This document shows positions 50,668 to 62,010 of a DNA stretch of 64,000 nucleotides, piece by piece; the first letter of the stretch is position 1, and each line of letters begins with the position of its first letter. The DNA is from Chrysomallon squamiferum (taxonomy: Eukaryota; Animalia; Mollusca): positions 6,944,001-7,008,000 of the forward strand of contig CM022674.1 of NCBI GenBank assembly GCA_012295275.1. Reading direction: 5' to 3'. The notes beneath the pieces were generated by a model. The model was not told where the DNA came from, searched no databases, and saw only the letters and a list, made by a program, of their open reading frames with translations. The position numbers and the translations under genes were made by a program.

Positions 50668-52930
50668 CAGTTTAAAAAAAAGAAAAGCCAAACTGAAAAT
50701 CAAATTTACAAATGCATTACCTCAGTCTGTGAATTTTCAGTTGACACTGTATTATTTGTTCACTATTTTACTAAACAACATGTTATATAATAATTTAAAA
50801 TAATAATAAAACACAATTACCTGTTCAGATAACCAAACCTTTGGGATTTCTCTTGGTGCTCTCTATTCATTATTGTTAAGAATTTCAGTTCAAAAACAAA
50901 TTATATCCAAAAATGTCTTCTTTCATAAAACAATTTTCCAGGAACGATACAAAATTTCCAAGTTGGATATTGAGTGGGATACACCTATTACTGAAAAGAT
51001 AATGGGAAATTCAGCAAGCTAGGAATATTTTCTGATTTGGATATTATTTCCTTATTCCTGAAAAATGATCAGATGATGCCAGGCTTGGAATTTTTCATGA
51101 ATTGAAATAAAGGATGCAGGGTCCAGTTTATGTTATTTTTCCTTAATTTAAAGTTTTAAGTTTATTAACAAGCTGCATACACTATTATAGATTTTATTTG
51201 ATGTATTTGTTATTGTTTAAAACCTGTTTTGTCATAAATCATTTGATATATGGAATTATTCATATTTTTTTTGGTATTTTCAGCTAATCAGTTTTTTCTT
51301 TGTTCTGTGATGTTATTTATTATTCACTGGTTCCCCAAGAAAACTGAGCAATAAACTATTTTCTGTTAACGAGCAGATTTTTAATATACTGCTAATATAA
51401 GTGATGTATTTTTTAATATAAATGTAAATAGATTTTATATTTGTAATAGAAAAATACTGCATATTAACTTAATTAAAAATAATTTTAAAATTATTATTAT
51501 TATTATTTTATAACATTACAGTCATATTTTTATTGTTGCTATTTTTATTATAATTGGTAATGTAACTGGTACTTTTCATTTTTATTTGCTGCTATTGTCA
51601 TTATTGTTGTTGTTTTTTTTGCTGCTATTTTAATAATAATTAATAACTACTATTGACTAGTCTACTTTTTTACACCATTTCTTTCTTTTTTTCTGTAACT
51701 AAGAAAAATACATTTTTTTTTTCTTACTACTTTAAAAATATAGGGCTTTCAAGGGATGAATGCTGTGTAGTTGATTAATATTTAAATTTTGTTTATGATT
51801 CTGGTAATAAAAAATTTTATTACATTTTTTAAAATTATATTTATTGGAAGAACATTGTTCTACATTTAATAACCTTTAAGAGCACCAAAATATTGTTAAT
51901 TAAAATTTTTAGGATTTACTTTTTAACACTTTATTTATTAATTTATATGAATTTATTAAAAAAAAAAAAAATTCTGTTTATTTATTTGATCTTTTTATTT
52001 TATTTTTTTTTCACTCTGTATTATTTATTTCATTTATTTATTTATTATTTTTTGTTTTATTTTATTTATTTATTTGTTTATTTATTTACTTACTTATTTA
52101 TTTTATTTTATTTTATTTATTTATGTATTTATTTATTTATTTATATTTTTATTTTTATTTATTTTACTTTTTATAACATGATAGCCAAACAATATTCATC
52201 TAGCAATACTTTAAAGATTTTTGTTTTCATTTAATTAATTTACTTAAGAGCTGAGGTTATAGTAATCCAGGATAATAAATTCATATTTTGTACAACATCA
52301 GCATTTTCATAACAGATACTTAGGTTGAGCAGTCTCTTTTAGTGGTGTTGTGGGGTTTTTTTGTTCTTTTTTCTGTTTAAAATTTATTTTTATTTTATTA
52401 TTTTATGAATATTTCTTTTAGTGGTTTTGTTTTGTTCTTTTTGTTTGGTTTTATTAATTAATTTATTTATTTATTTATTTATTTTTATTTTATTAATATT
52501 TATTTTAGTGATTATGTTTTGTTGTTATTGTTTGGTTTTATTTATTTATAATTTTTTATTATTATTATTATTTCTTTTTTTTTTGTAATAATGGTAATGC
52601 AGCTTTAAAAAAATGTGTTCTCCATTCTTCTAAGTCATAACTGTAAATATTATTTAAAGCTATGATTCCATTGTTTTTGTGACTGAAGCTATTGTGTAGT
52701 GATTTTGCTGTCCTGTCTCAGATAATCTTTACTGGCATTGACTAGAAAACTGCCAAGATTTCCAAACACAAACACTTTGATGTTGGAGGGGGCATTATAA
52801 ACACAGATATAAACAGAAAGCTTGAAAAGGAGACAGGTGAAACAGTTTATTTTAAAAAGTAACCACATTTTATGGACCATGTCACCCTTCATTCAAGTTT
52901 TAAATTTATTATTATTAGTAAGCATGTATA

Positions 52931-52972
<42 letters not shown>

Positions 52973-53053
52973 GCCTGCCTGAATATTGTGTGTATGTATG
53001 TATGTATGTATGCATGTATGTAAGTGTGTGCATATTGTGTGTGTGTGTGTGTG

Positions 53054-53092
<39 letters not shown>

Positions 53093-53994
53093 GTATATCA
53101 GTTTATTCAGACTATTTAATGATTGGAAACTATTTTTATATTAATTTATCATGAATTTATTATTAATTACACTCGACCCTCTATTTAAGTTTCAAAAACA
53201 AAGTGAGAAGTCAGGTTGGTTATACAAGTCACATAATGTGATTGCGCCTTTAGAATGTTTTAGCTTGCTGATCATTTGAATATGCATTTTTATTTAGACG
53301 ATGTTTAACTGCATTTTGTTGGACACCATTTTGTTTCATTATAGAAACCAGAATTCCAGTCCATTTTATAAAATATTGAAATAATAATAAAAAATAAATA
53401 AAATGAGAAAAATGTAACATGTGATGCAGATCAAATGATTTGAAAGAGGTTGTGAAGAAGAAGTTTAATACATTTTTCTTTCTCTTCATTTTTATGAAAT
53501 GACTAACAATAAATATACATTCTTACATTCAGACAATCAGCAGACACATTCTCAAACATACACAACACATACTTACTAAAAAAAGAAATGACAAATTCAA
53601 AAAAAAAAAAAAAAATAAAAAAAAAAAAATTAAATCATTATAATAAATAAAAATAAAAATAAAAATTAATAAATCTGTAAAATTCCTAAGAAAGAAAACT
53701 TGCTGAATGTAGCAAGAATTTTATTTAATGCTCTTTAAAAGTTGCTCATACTTATGCAAATGTGATAGATGGCATTAATTCACCCCTGACAGTAAATACT
53801 GCAGTCATATTTAAACAAAACCAGTTTACCGATGTATATATACAGTTTATTTTCTGATATATGCATGAACATGATATTTGGTTTGTATAGATGTTTTATT
53901 ATTTATGTAATTAGCGCTTTATGATGTAAATTTTGTGTATAAAAAAAAGTAAAATAAACTGGAATGGATGATTTTCAGGTGTTTGGGTTTTCTC

Positions 53995-54043
<49 letters not shown>

Positions 54044-54149
54044 GTTTGTTAAATTGTTAAATTATTTTGGGAAAAAGTCATAAATCAAATAAATATTCGT
54101 GTTTATTATTTTATTATTATTCAAATAAAAGAAAACATTTATTATACAC

Positions 54150-54389
54150 TGAAATCGTCAAATGATCCTGGGAAACCAAAGTTTAGAAAACCATGAATAT
54201 AAATAGTAACTCGGAAATTACCGAACTAAAGCGTATATTTCGGTATATTTCGTTTCATTACGTACTTTTCATTATTAGTGTGTCGAAGATTTCCGAATGA
54301 ATCTTCGCCTTGAAAACGTAAATTAACGAATGTATGTACTAAATTTAGATTATCTGACATCACTTCCCTTTTTATCCAGAAGGAAAAGC
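54150..54389 (+). promoter_or_regulatory. NOC2L promoter / 5' leader
   Basis: CpG-enriched patch immediately upstream of the ATG; pyrimidine tract CTTCCCTTTTT at 54363-54373. Confidence 0.55.
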
Positions 54390-54406
54390 ATGGCGAAAAC
54401 TAAAAG
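54390..54406 (+). CDS. noc2l: NOC2L exon 1 coding part (MAKTKR)
   Basis: agcATGGCG start; AG|gtattg donor at phase 2 matches exon 2. Confidence 0.8.
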
Positions 54407-55783
54407 GTATTGATAAGTATTAGTTTTAAAATTGCTTTTTAATTTACGTAGTTGGTAATATATTACATGAATTTCAAGGCGAGTTCAGGTGTTCTTTAAA
54501 TAATATTACCAGAATGCATATTCTTTTATTTGACAGCCTTTAATAAAAGAAATAATCGCATTTAACTTTCATTCAACACAAAATATAAAATGTGCCGGCA
54601 AGGGACAGTAGTATAATCAGGTGGCTATCTCAGAAACATAGATTTGACAAGTTTGTCCAAATTAGATAGGTTTGTTTAGTTCTCTATGATCTTTTTATCT
54701 CCGCATTAGCAACAAACAAACAAACAAAAAACTCTAAATATTGAGTAAAACCTCTGCTAACAAAAATAAACCTAAAGAGCAAGATTACCAATACATTTTT
54801 TACTGATCATAAACTAGTTTTATCTTCAGAATAACAAAAATTATTGGAAGAAGTTAGACTGAAGTGTAAAAGTTTGTGTTCTCAGTGTGTTTATTATGGG
54901 TGTTTATCTTTCACCCAATTTCTGTCAGTGTTCCACAATTTCAGTAAAACATGTTTGTCATGAGAAGCTGATGAGAAATGCATATAAAAAATCCCTTGTT
55001 GCCAACTGATAGGAATAATCCACACAGTACCAGCAAATATTTCATCATTTAAATTATTATAAAATTATAATAAATAATGATAATAATAATGGTAACACAA
55101 TAGTAATAATAATACGTGTTATAGTTATAATGTTGAAATAATAATAACAACAATGGCAATGGCAGTTGTAGTAATAATAATGTTTAATTAATAATAACAA
55201 AAATGGCAATGACAGATGTAATAATAATAACTGTAATTATAGTAATAGTTATAATAATAATAGAAATCGTGTTACATATTTGACAACTGAAACACGTGTG
55301 TGAGATGTTAAATTTCTTCAAGTGATTACACCAAAGATATTTTTATTTTCAGGAGGCTGGAGGACATGAGTGTGGATGAATTCATGTCACACGGACTGGA
55401 CACTGACAGCTCATCAGTGTCCGAATCTTCCACCCCCCGCAAAAAGCAGAAAGTTAAACCAAACAAGAAAATAAAACCTTCCAAAGAAAAGTAATTTTAA
55501 AAAAAAATTTAATTCAAGTAATTTAAAAAAAAAAGTATTTATCTCATAAATGACACTGAACATGGAATCAGGGATAACCTAATAAATAACATTTTATTTT
55601 CCTTGTGTCACAAGGTTCATTTTGATATCACTATCATGTCCATAGTTTATATGTTGTATGATTGATAGGCATTGAAAATTTTCTGCAATGTTACTGGATT
55701 TATCATTCTGGACTTCAGAATAGTTCTTAAAAAGAATCCTTAACATTATAATTCTGGATTTCTTTCTTTTATTGATTTTAATT

Positions 55784-55822
<39 letters not shown>

Positions 55823-56537
55823 TTTATGGTGTGCTAGTGTTGTTAGATAAGTATTTATGCAGTCTTTATAACTGACTGCATTGCACATTTGAAGTCTGAA
55901 TTTAAAATAATCCTCTCTTCAGTGTATAGTGTCACATAAAGTCTATCTATACAGTCTCCACTGATTAGTTTGAACTTAAGAAACAAATAATATTTTCTTA
56001 ATATATATTTTCTTTCATATTTCTAGTCCTAAGAAACAGAAGATTCAGAATAAAGAAAATTCAAACCCGAAGAAGAAATCTCCTTCAAAACTGAAAAAAT
56101 CTTTAGAGAAACTGAGACAACAGGATCCAGAATTTTATGAATTTCTGGAAAAGGAAGATAAAAGTTTGCTGGAATTTAATGAGTCAGATGAATCTGATGA
56201 TGATGTAAATGAAGATGTTGACCATGATGATGCTGATGAAGAGCATTCAGCTGATGAGGCTCATGATTTAGAAAAAGAACTGTTGGGTCAGTCTAGTGGA
56301 GATAGTTCTGATGATGACGATGATGATGATGATGGTGGTAGTGGCAGAGTTCACAAACTGCCAGAGAAGTTAGAGGTTTGTAGAGAACAGAAACATTACG
56401 CATGTTGTCTCATCAGTTAACATTTGATTTGTATAAGTTGCTTTTTCATTCTGTAATTCGGTGGAAACATGCTCCCTTTGATTTTTTAAGTATTTAAATA
56501 ATTGGACTTAACTGCAAATAAGCTAAAAAAAAAAAAT

Positions 56538-56589
<52 letters not shown>

Positions 56590-57133
56590 TATTAATATAA
56601 CTGAAAAAAAAAAAAAAAAAAAAATAGTAAGCACTTGTCTTAACTGGTCAAGTAACAATAAAACCATTGTGTAGCATAGTTCTTACATTTTTTATAAGAA
56701 TTAAAAATCCAGTACTTTGATCAATCTCTTTTATACACTTTTACTGTTTGATGCTAACTTTAAAAAAACACACATAATTAAAAAAAAAACCTTTGATCTG
56801 AAAGAAGAAAGAATTTGGTCAAAAAGGCAACTCCAATTTGTTTTTTTTGTTTTTTCACTTGTGTAGACAAAATTCCATTGAAAAACTAACAGTAGCCTTT
56901 CATATGAACAACAAGAGTGTAAGATCAGTTTAATGTCAAAATCAGTGAATTGTTGTCTTGAATTTGTTTTCAGTTAATAAGCAAGTGCAGAGAATGCTCT
57001 TCATTTTACAGTTACTACAGATTATAAACAGTCAGCCATTTTTTTTTTGATAAATGACAAACTGGCTTGTACAACAGTTCTGACACAAAAAAGAAAGAAA
57101 GACATAAAAACTATCCACAAATAAATGCTTGTA

Positions 57134-57175
<42 letters not shown>

Positions 57176-57641
57176 AGTTGTGTGTGTAGGTGTGTTTGTG
57201 TGTATGTGTTTGTTTGTGTGTATCTTACATGCAAGGTTGTAAAACATTTAAAAAAAATCTATACATTAGAAAAATGCCGTTTTAAAAAAAACCCTGTCCA
57301 TTATTTTCTTTTATTCTTGTGTTTTGCACTAATGATGATGTTGTTGTTGCTGTTACAGGTTGCCAGTGATGTTTCTGATGATGAGTCTGAGACGGAAGTG
57401 GAAGAGAGGAAAATAAAAAAGAAAGGAAAACTTGTCACTTTAAAAATGGTTTCTCATTGGACTCATATTTAGAGGTAATGTGTTGTAAAAATGTATTTGT
57501 AGTTTTTAAATATGCCTAAATTAATCATAAAATAACCAAGATATACTGAGTAATGATGTGAGAATTACATTGTTTTGTTTATTTATTTAAATATTTATGC
57601 TGATATGTCTGTATATGTATGTGTATTTGTATGCATCTATA

Positions 57642-57692
<51 letters not shown>

Positions 57693-60600
57693 GTATGTAT
57701 GTATGTGTGTGTGTGTGTGTGTATGTATCTATGTAAGTATCTTACATGATTTTAGATGTAAAAAAAATATATATATAAATTTTGTGTTTTAAATGCTTTG
57801 AATAAATAATTAAAATAAATACATAATTTTAAAAACTAATTTTGCAAGATATAAAAATGCTTTGAATAAATAATTATAATAAATACATAATATCAGTTTT
57901 TGTGTTTTGTTATTGTGGATTTAATTTCTGTTTTTTGTTAGAGATTAACAGTGTTTATATTTGACAGACAAAGCCAACAGCCCAGGTTTTCCGAGAAGCC
58001 GTGTCGGCTTTCAAAGCCGCTGTGCACCAAGCCAGCGAAGATTCATCAGAAATCAACTTTCAAGTTGTTGGAAGTGAAGGTAAAATCTACCTGTGGCCAT
58101 TTTTTCTCTTTTTTTAAAGTAGTATATGTAGTTTCTAGATTTTTTACCTTTTTCTTTCGCATAAAATGTTCAGTTGTTTTTTGAAAAATAATTTTATTTA
58201 AAAAAAATACATCAATCACACAAACACACATATTCATACATACATAACACACAAAAAAACCCACAAAAACAAAAATATTTATAAAAAAACCCCCAAAAAC
58301 CAAACATTTATGATATTGGTTTTATTTTCTGTTGCTGAATCCATTTTAAATGTTTATTTTATTAATTTTATCAGGGATGAAACTTCCTATTTCAGTTAAT
58401 TAAAAACAACAATTTTATAATAATAATTGCCAATGGCAACAATAATAATAATAAGAATAATAAAGAATAGTAGTAACAATTGTAGTTATAATAATCATAA
58501 AATACTACTACTATTAATATTATTATTATTGTTGTTATTATAATTATTATTATTATTTTGTTTCCTTTTTGAATATTTTTTCAGTGTTTAATGCAGTAGT
58601 TAAAATGTGTTTAGCACACATGGGCCCTGTCATTCAGAATCTCTTGAGGTTACCTCCCTTGGTCCAAGTCCAGCAACCTCCAACCATGAAAAACAAGAAA
58701 TGGAAAATGTTGAGAGTGGATGTCAAGAGTTATCTCACTGATCTTCTGCAGGTGGAGATAAAAAAACACACAAAAACAATCTGTTATATTTGTATATATG
58801 TTCATTCTTGAGATATAAAGAAACAAAAAAAATAAAAAAATAAAACAAATAAAAAGTAATTAAAAAAGAGTTGGAGAAAGTAAAAGGAAAAGATAAATAA
58901 AGAATGACTGATAAAAATAAATACAGAAATCAGAATGATAGTGTGTGAAAAATGAAAGAAAGAAACACAAAAAAGAATACATGAAGAGAGGGACATTTTG
59001 AAATTAAGAAGTATTCGAAATTATTTAGAAATAATTTCTTTTCAAGATATTCAAAATTATTTTTGAAACTGTTTTTAACTTTTGGAAGAAAAGAATGATT
59101 TGATTATAAATTTATTTTTATTATACTGTAACAAAAGTAAATGACGAACAATTTTTTTTATTCTTCATGTTCTGAAAATGTTTATAAATTATATTTTGTT
59201 GGTATGATGTGCAGCAGATGAAGAAAATTTATTTTTCAGTTGCTGTCAGCCCTCACTGAACCAGCCATGTTGAATGTGATTATAAAACACATGCACAAGC
59301 TCGTCATACTCTACGCTTGTTTTTCTAAACTTGTCAAAGTCTTCCTAAAGGTAAAAATGAAAAACATAATAAAAATAATAAAAATAACATTATTTTTTGT
59401 AGTTATTAATAATGCAATCACAATTAAAAAATAATTTTTTATTAAATAAAACTTTTTGTTTGTTTATTTATTTATTATTGTTTTCTTTATTTTATTTTAT
59501 TTTTGATTTATTTTTTAATTAACAGAAATTATTTTAGTTTATTTAATAATATTATTGACAAATGAAATGTGAATTAGTGTTTAATATTTATTCTGTTTTG
59601 TTTATTAACAGAAGATAAGTATTTAATAACAGTTTAATGACTTAATACAAATATTAAATATTTATTTGTTTATTAATTAAATATTTATTCTGTTTTGTTC
59701 ATTAACAGAAAATAATTTATTTAATAACTGTTGACAGATACATAAATTGTGAATTATTATTAAAATAGTTATTTTACTTTGTTTTTTAACAGAAAATGGT
59801 AAGTTTATGGAGTGCAGGAGAGGAGACTACTCGAGTTTTGGCTTTTCTGTGTATTAACAAAGTGAATCGAATGTTACCCAGTCTGCTGGAACCTAGCATG
59901 AAGGTTAGTGAAAATTTTTAGTTTTTGTAATTTTTATATAAATTTTATTAAAATAAAGCATTTTAGAATTAAAAATAGTAAAATAAAATTTATAATCATT
60001 GTGAATTTTTTTTACAATGACAATCATTATATATATATATATATATATAAACATTTATTATGAATGACAGTATTTATTTATTTAATTTTGTTCGTTTATA
60101 TATTTATTTATTTACAAGTATTTATTTTTGTTTGTTTTTATTTATTTATTTATTTTTTTATTTATATTTTTATTTATTTGTAATTTATTTATTCACTATT
60201 TATTTATTTATTTATTTATTTATTTATATTTTTATTTATTTGTAATGTATTTATTCACAAGTTTTTTATTTTGTTTTTATTTATTTATTTATTTATATAC
60301 TTATTTATATATTTATTTATTTATTTGTAATATATTTATTCACAAGTTTTTAATTTTGTTTTTTATTTATTATTTTTTAAATTTATTTATCTGTTTATTT
60401 GTTTATTTACAGCTGATGTACATGGCGTATGTGAGAAACTGTAAATTCACGTCTCCAAATACACTGCCACTGATAAACTTCATGCAGCGCTCTCTGGTGG
60501 AGATTTTTGCCATGGACTCAGTGCTTGCATACCAGTACGCCTTCATTTACATCAGACAGCTGGCGATTCATCTTAGAAATGCAATTACTACGAAGAAAAA

Positions 60601-62010
60601 GGTGAATAAACCTTTTTTTTAAAAACATTTCATAATAGAAAATTCACTGTTAATAAAATTCATGTGTGAATTATTTTGTTTGGTATCTAAATAATATATG
60701 TTTATTTAATAATAGATAAAATGGATGTAACAATTAACAAAAAATTAATTACTTTGCAAAGATCTGCATACAGTCTGATTTAAGTTTGATTTAATTATAA
60801 ATGTATTATACATTTTTAGTTCTTAGAAATATATTTTATTGCAGATAATGCATTTGTTTTAAAGAAATCTGTAAAAAAAATATATATATAGCTATGAACA
60901 TAAAATAATAATAATAAAAGTTATTAAATTCAATGCAATAATTATAGTATTGTTAGAAATATTTTCAGTATATATTTAGATTATATTTATGCGTTTACAT
61001 ACCTATTTATCATTTATTTATTTACTTTTTTACAATAACAACAATAATGATATGTGAATAACAACAACACTGTGTATAATTTCAGGACACTTGTCAGCTG
61101 GTAGCTAACTGGCAGTATGTCCACTGTCTGGCATTGTGGACAACGTTGCTGGGCAGTACACACCCCAGTGACGTCCTCCAACCCCTCATCTACCCCCTCA
61201 CTCAAACCATCATCGGAACCATTAAGTAAGAAGAAAACAAAATATATATATATTAAATAAATAAATAATAATAAAAACATGAAAACATTATTTGAAAAAT
61301 TGTGTAAAATTGTATTATGGTGTAGATTAGTTGTTTTTGTCTGTTTCAGAGATCTATCCAAATCCAGATAGTGCTCCAAAAACCTTGTTTGCACATATTA
61401 ATGTTAATTTAGCATTTAGAATGTTTGCATGAAGCTTGGTAGATACTGGATAAATAAATAAGTATTTAGCTAATTCCAATAAGATATATATTTTTGGTTA
61501 AATTTTGGACTTGCATTATATTTTTTATTTATTATATTGTTACTGTTCTTATTGTTCTTATAATTACTATTGTTATCATTGTTATTACTGCTACTACTGT
61601 TACTACTTCTATACTATTACTACTACTACTGCTATGATTATTATTATTGTTGTGATTATATTATTATTATTTTTTATTTTATATATATATATATATATAT
61701 ATATGTTTCTAAATTTTGTTTAAACTAATTGGTAAAATGGTGTTACATCTATGATGACTATAATTGTTAGTTAAATCAATTAACAAATAATGAATAATTT
61801 CTTCTCTTTTTTTTTAACAACCACATAAAGAAAACAGTTGTGTTACTACCACTTTTTTTTCATTTCTCATTTTCGTAATTTGTAAAAATTTGTTTCAGGT
61901 TGTTGTCAACAGCTCGTTACTTTCCACTACGTTTCCACTGTGTTCGTTTTCTGAACCAGCTGTCTTCATCTACTAGAACGTTTATACCTGTCCTGCCATT
62001 TTTGCTTGAG
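54390..62010 (+). CDS. noc2l: Nucleolar complex protein 2 homolog, 3'-incomplete (11 exons in window; apparent frameshift in exon 4)
   Basis: [16 protein letters not shown]..., [50 protein letters not shown] and [10 protein letters not shown] are Noc2-family motifs. Confidence 0.93.
55353..55490 (+). CDS. noc2l: NOC2L exon 2
   Basis: [25 protein letters not shown]...KPSKE. Confidence 0.9.
56027..56375 (+). CDS. noc2l: NOC2L exon 3
   Basis: [30 protein letters not shown], an acidic tract, then HKLPEKLE. Confidence 0.93.
57359..57474 (+). CDS. noc2l: NOC2L exon 4 (116 nt, one base short; in-frame TAG at 57470-57472)
   Basis: [37 protein letters not shown] then TAG AG|gtaatg. Confidence 0.85.
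57968..58079 (+). CDS. noc2l: NOC2L exon 5
   Basis: [37 protein letters not shown]. Confidence 0.9.
58585..58751 (+). CDS. noc2l: NOC2L exon 6
   Basis: [21 protein letters not shown]...[19 protein letters not shown]. Confidence 0.93.
59240..59350 (+). CDS. noc2l: NOC2L exon 7
   Basis: [37 protein letters not shown]. Confidence 0.93.
59510..59800. repeat. Degenerate repeat (about 90 bp) copying the NOC2L exon 8 acceptor
   Basis: T-rich tract plus ttaacagaa near 59519, 59605, 59702 and 59786. Confidence 0.7.
59793..59903 (+). CDS. noc2l: NOC2L exon 8
   Basis: [37 protein letters not shown]. Confidence 0.93.
60413..60601 (+). CDS. noc2l: NOC2L exon 9
   Basis: [32 protein letters not shown]...[18 protein letters not shown]. 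Confidence 0.96.
61086..61225 (+). CDS. noc2l: NOC2L exon 10
   Basis: [47 protein letters not shown]. Confidence 0.95.
61899..62010 (+). CDS. noc2l: NOC2L exon 11
   Basis: [37 protein letters not shown]; gtaagt donor. Confidence 0.95.

Noticed and set aside
51893-52234. Hydrophobic F/I/L/Y ORF, and many like it (e.g. 48377-48667 and the first part of 60128-60622)
   Set aside because: Translations of (TTTA)n and (ATT)n low-complexity DNA.
50100-54150. An additional gene between MIB2 and NOC2L
   Set aside because: No coding-like exon chain on either strand; consistent with 3' UTR and intergenic DNA.
54390-62010. Calling NOC2L a pseudogene
   Set aside because: There is only one lesion, in a T run; all other exons and splice sites are intact and conserved.
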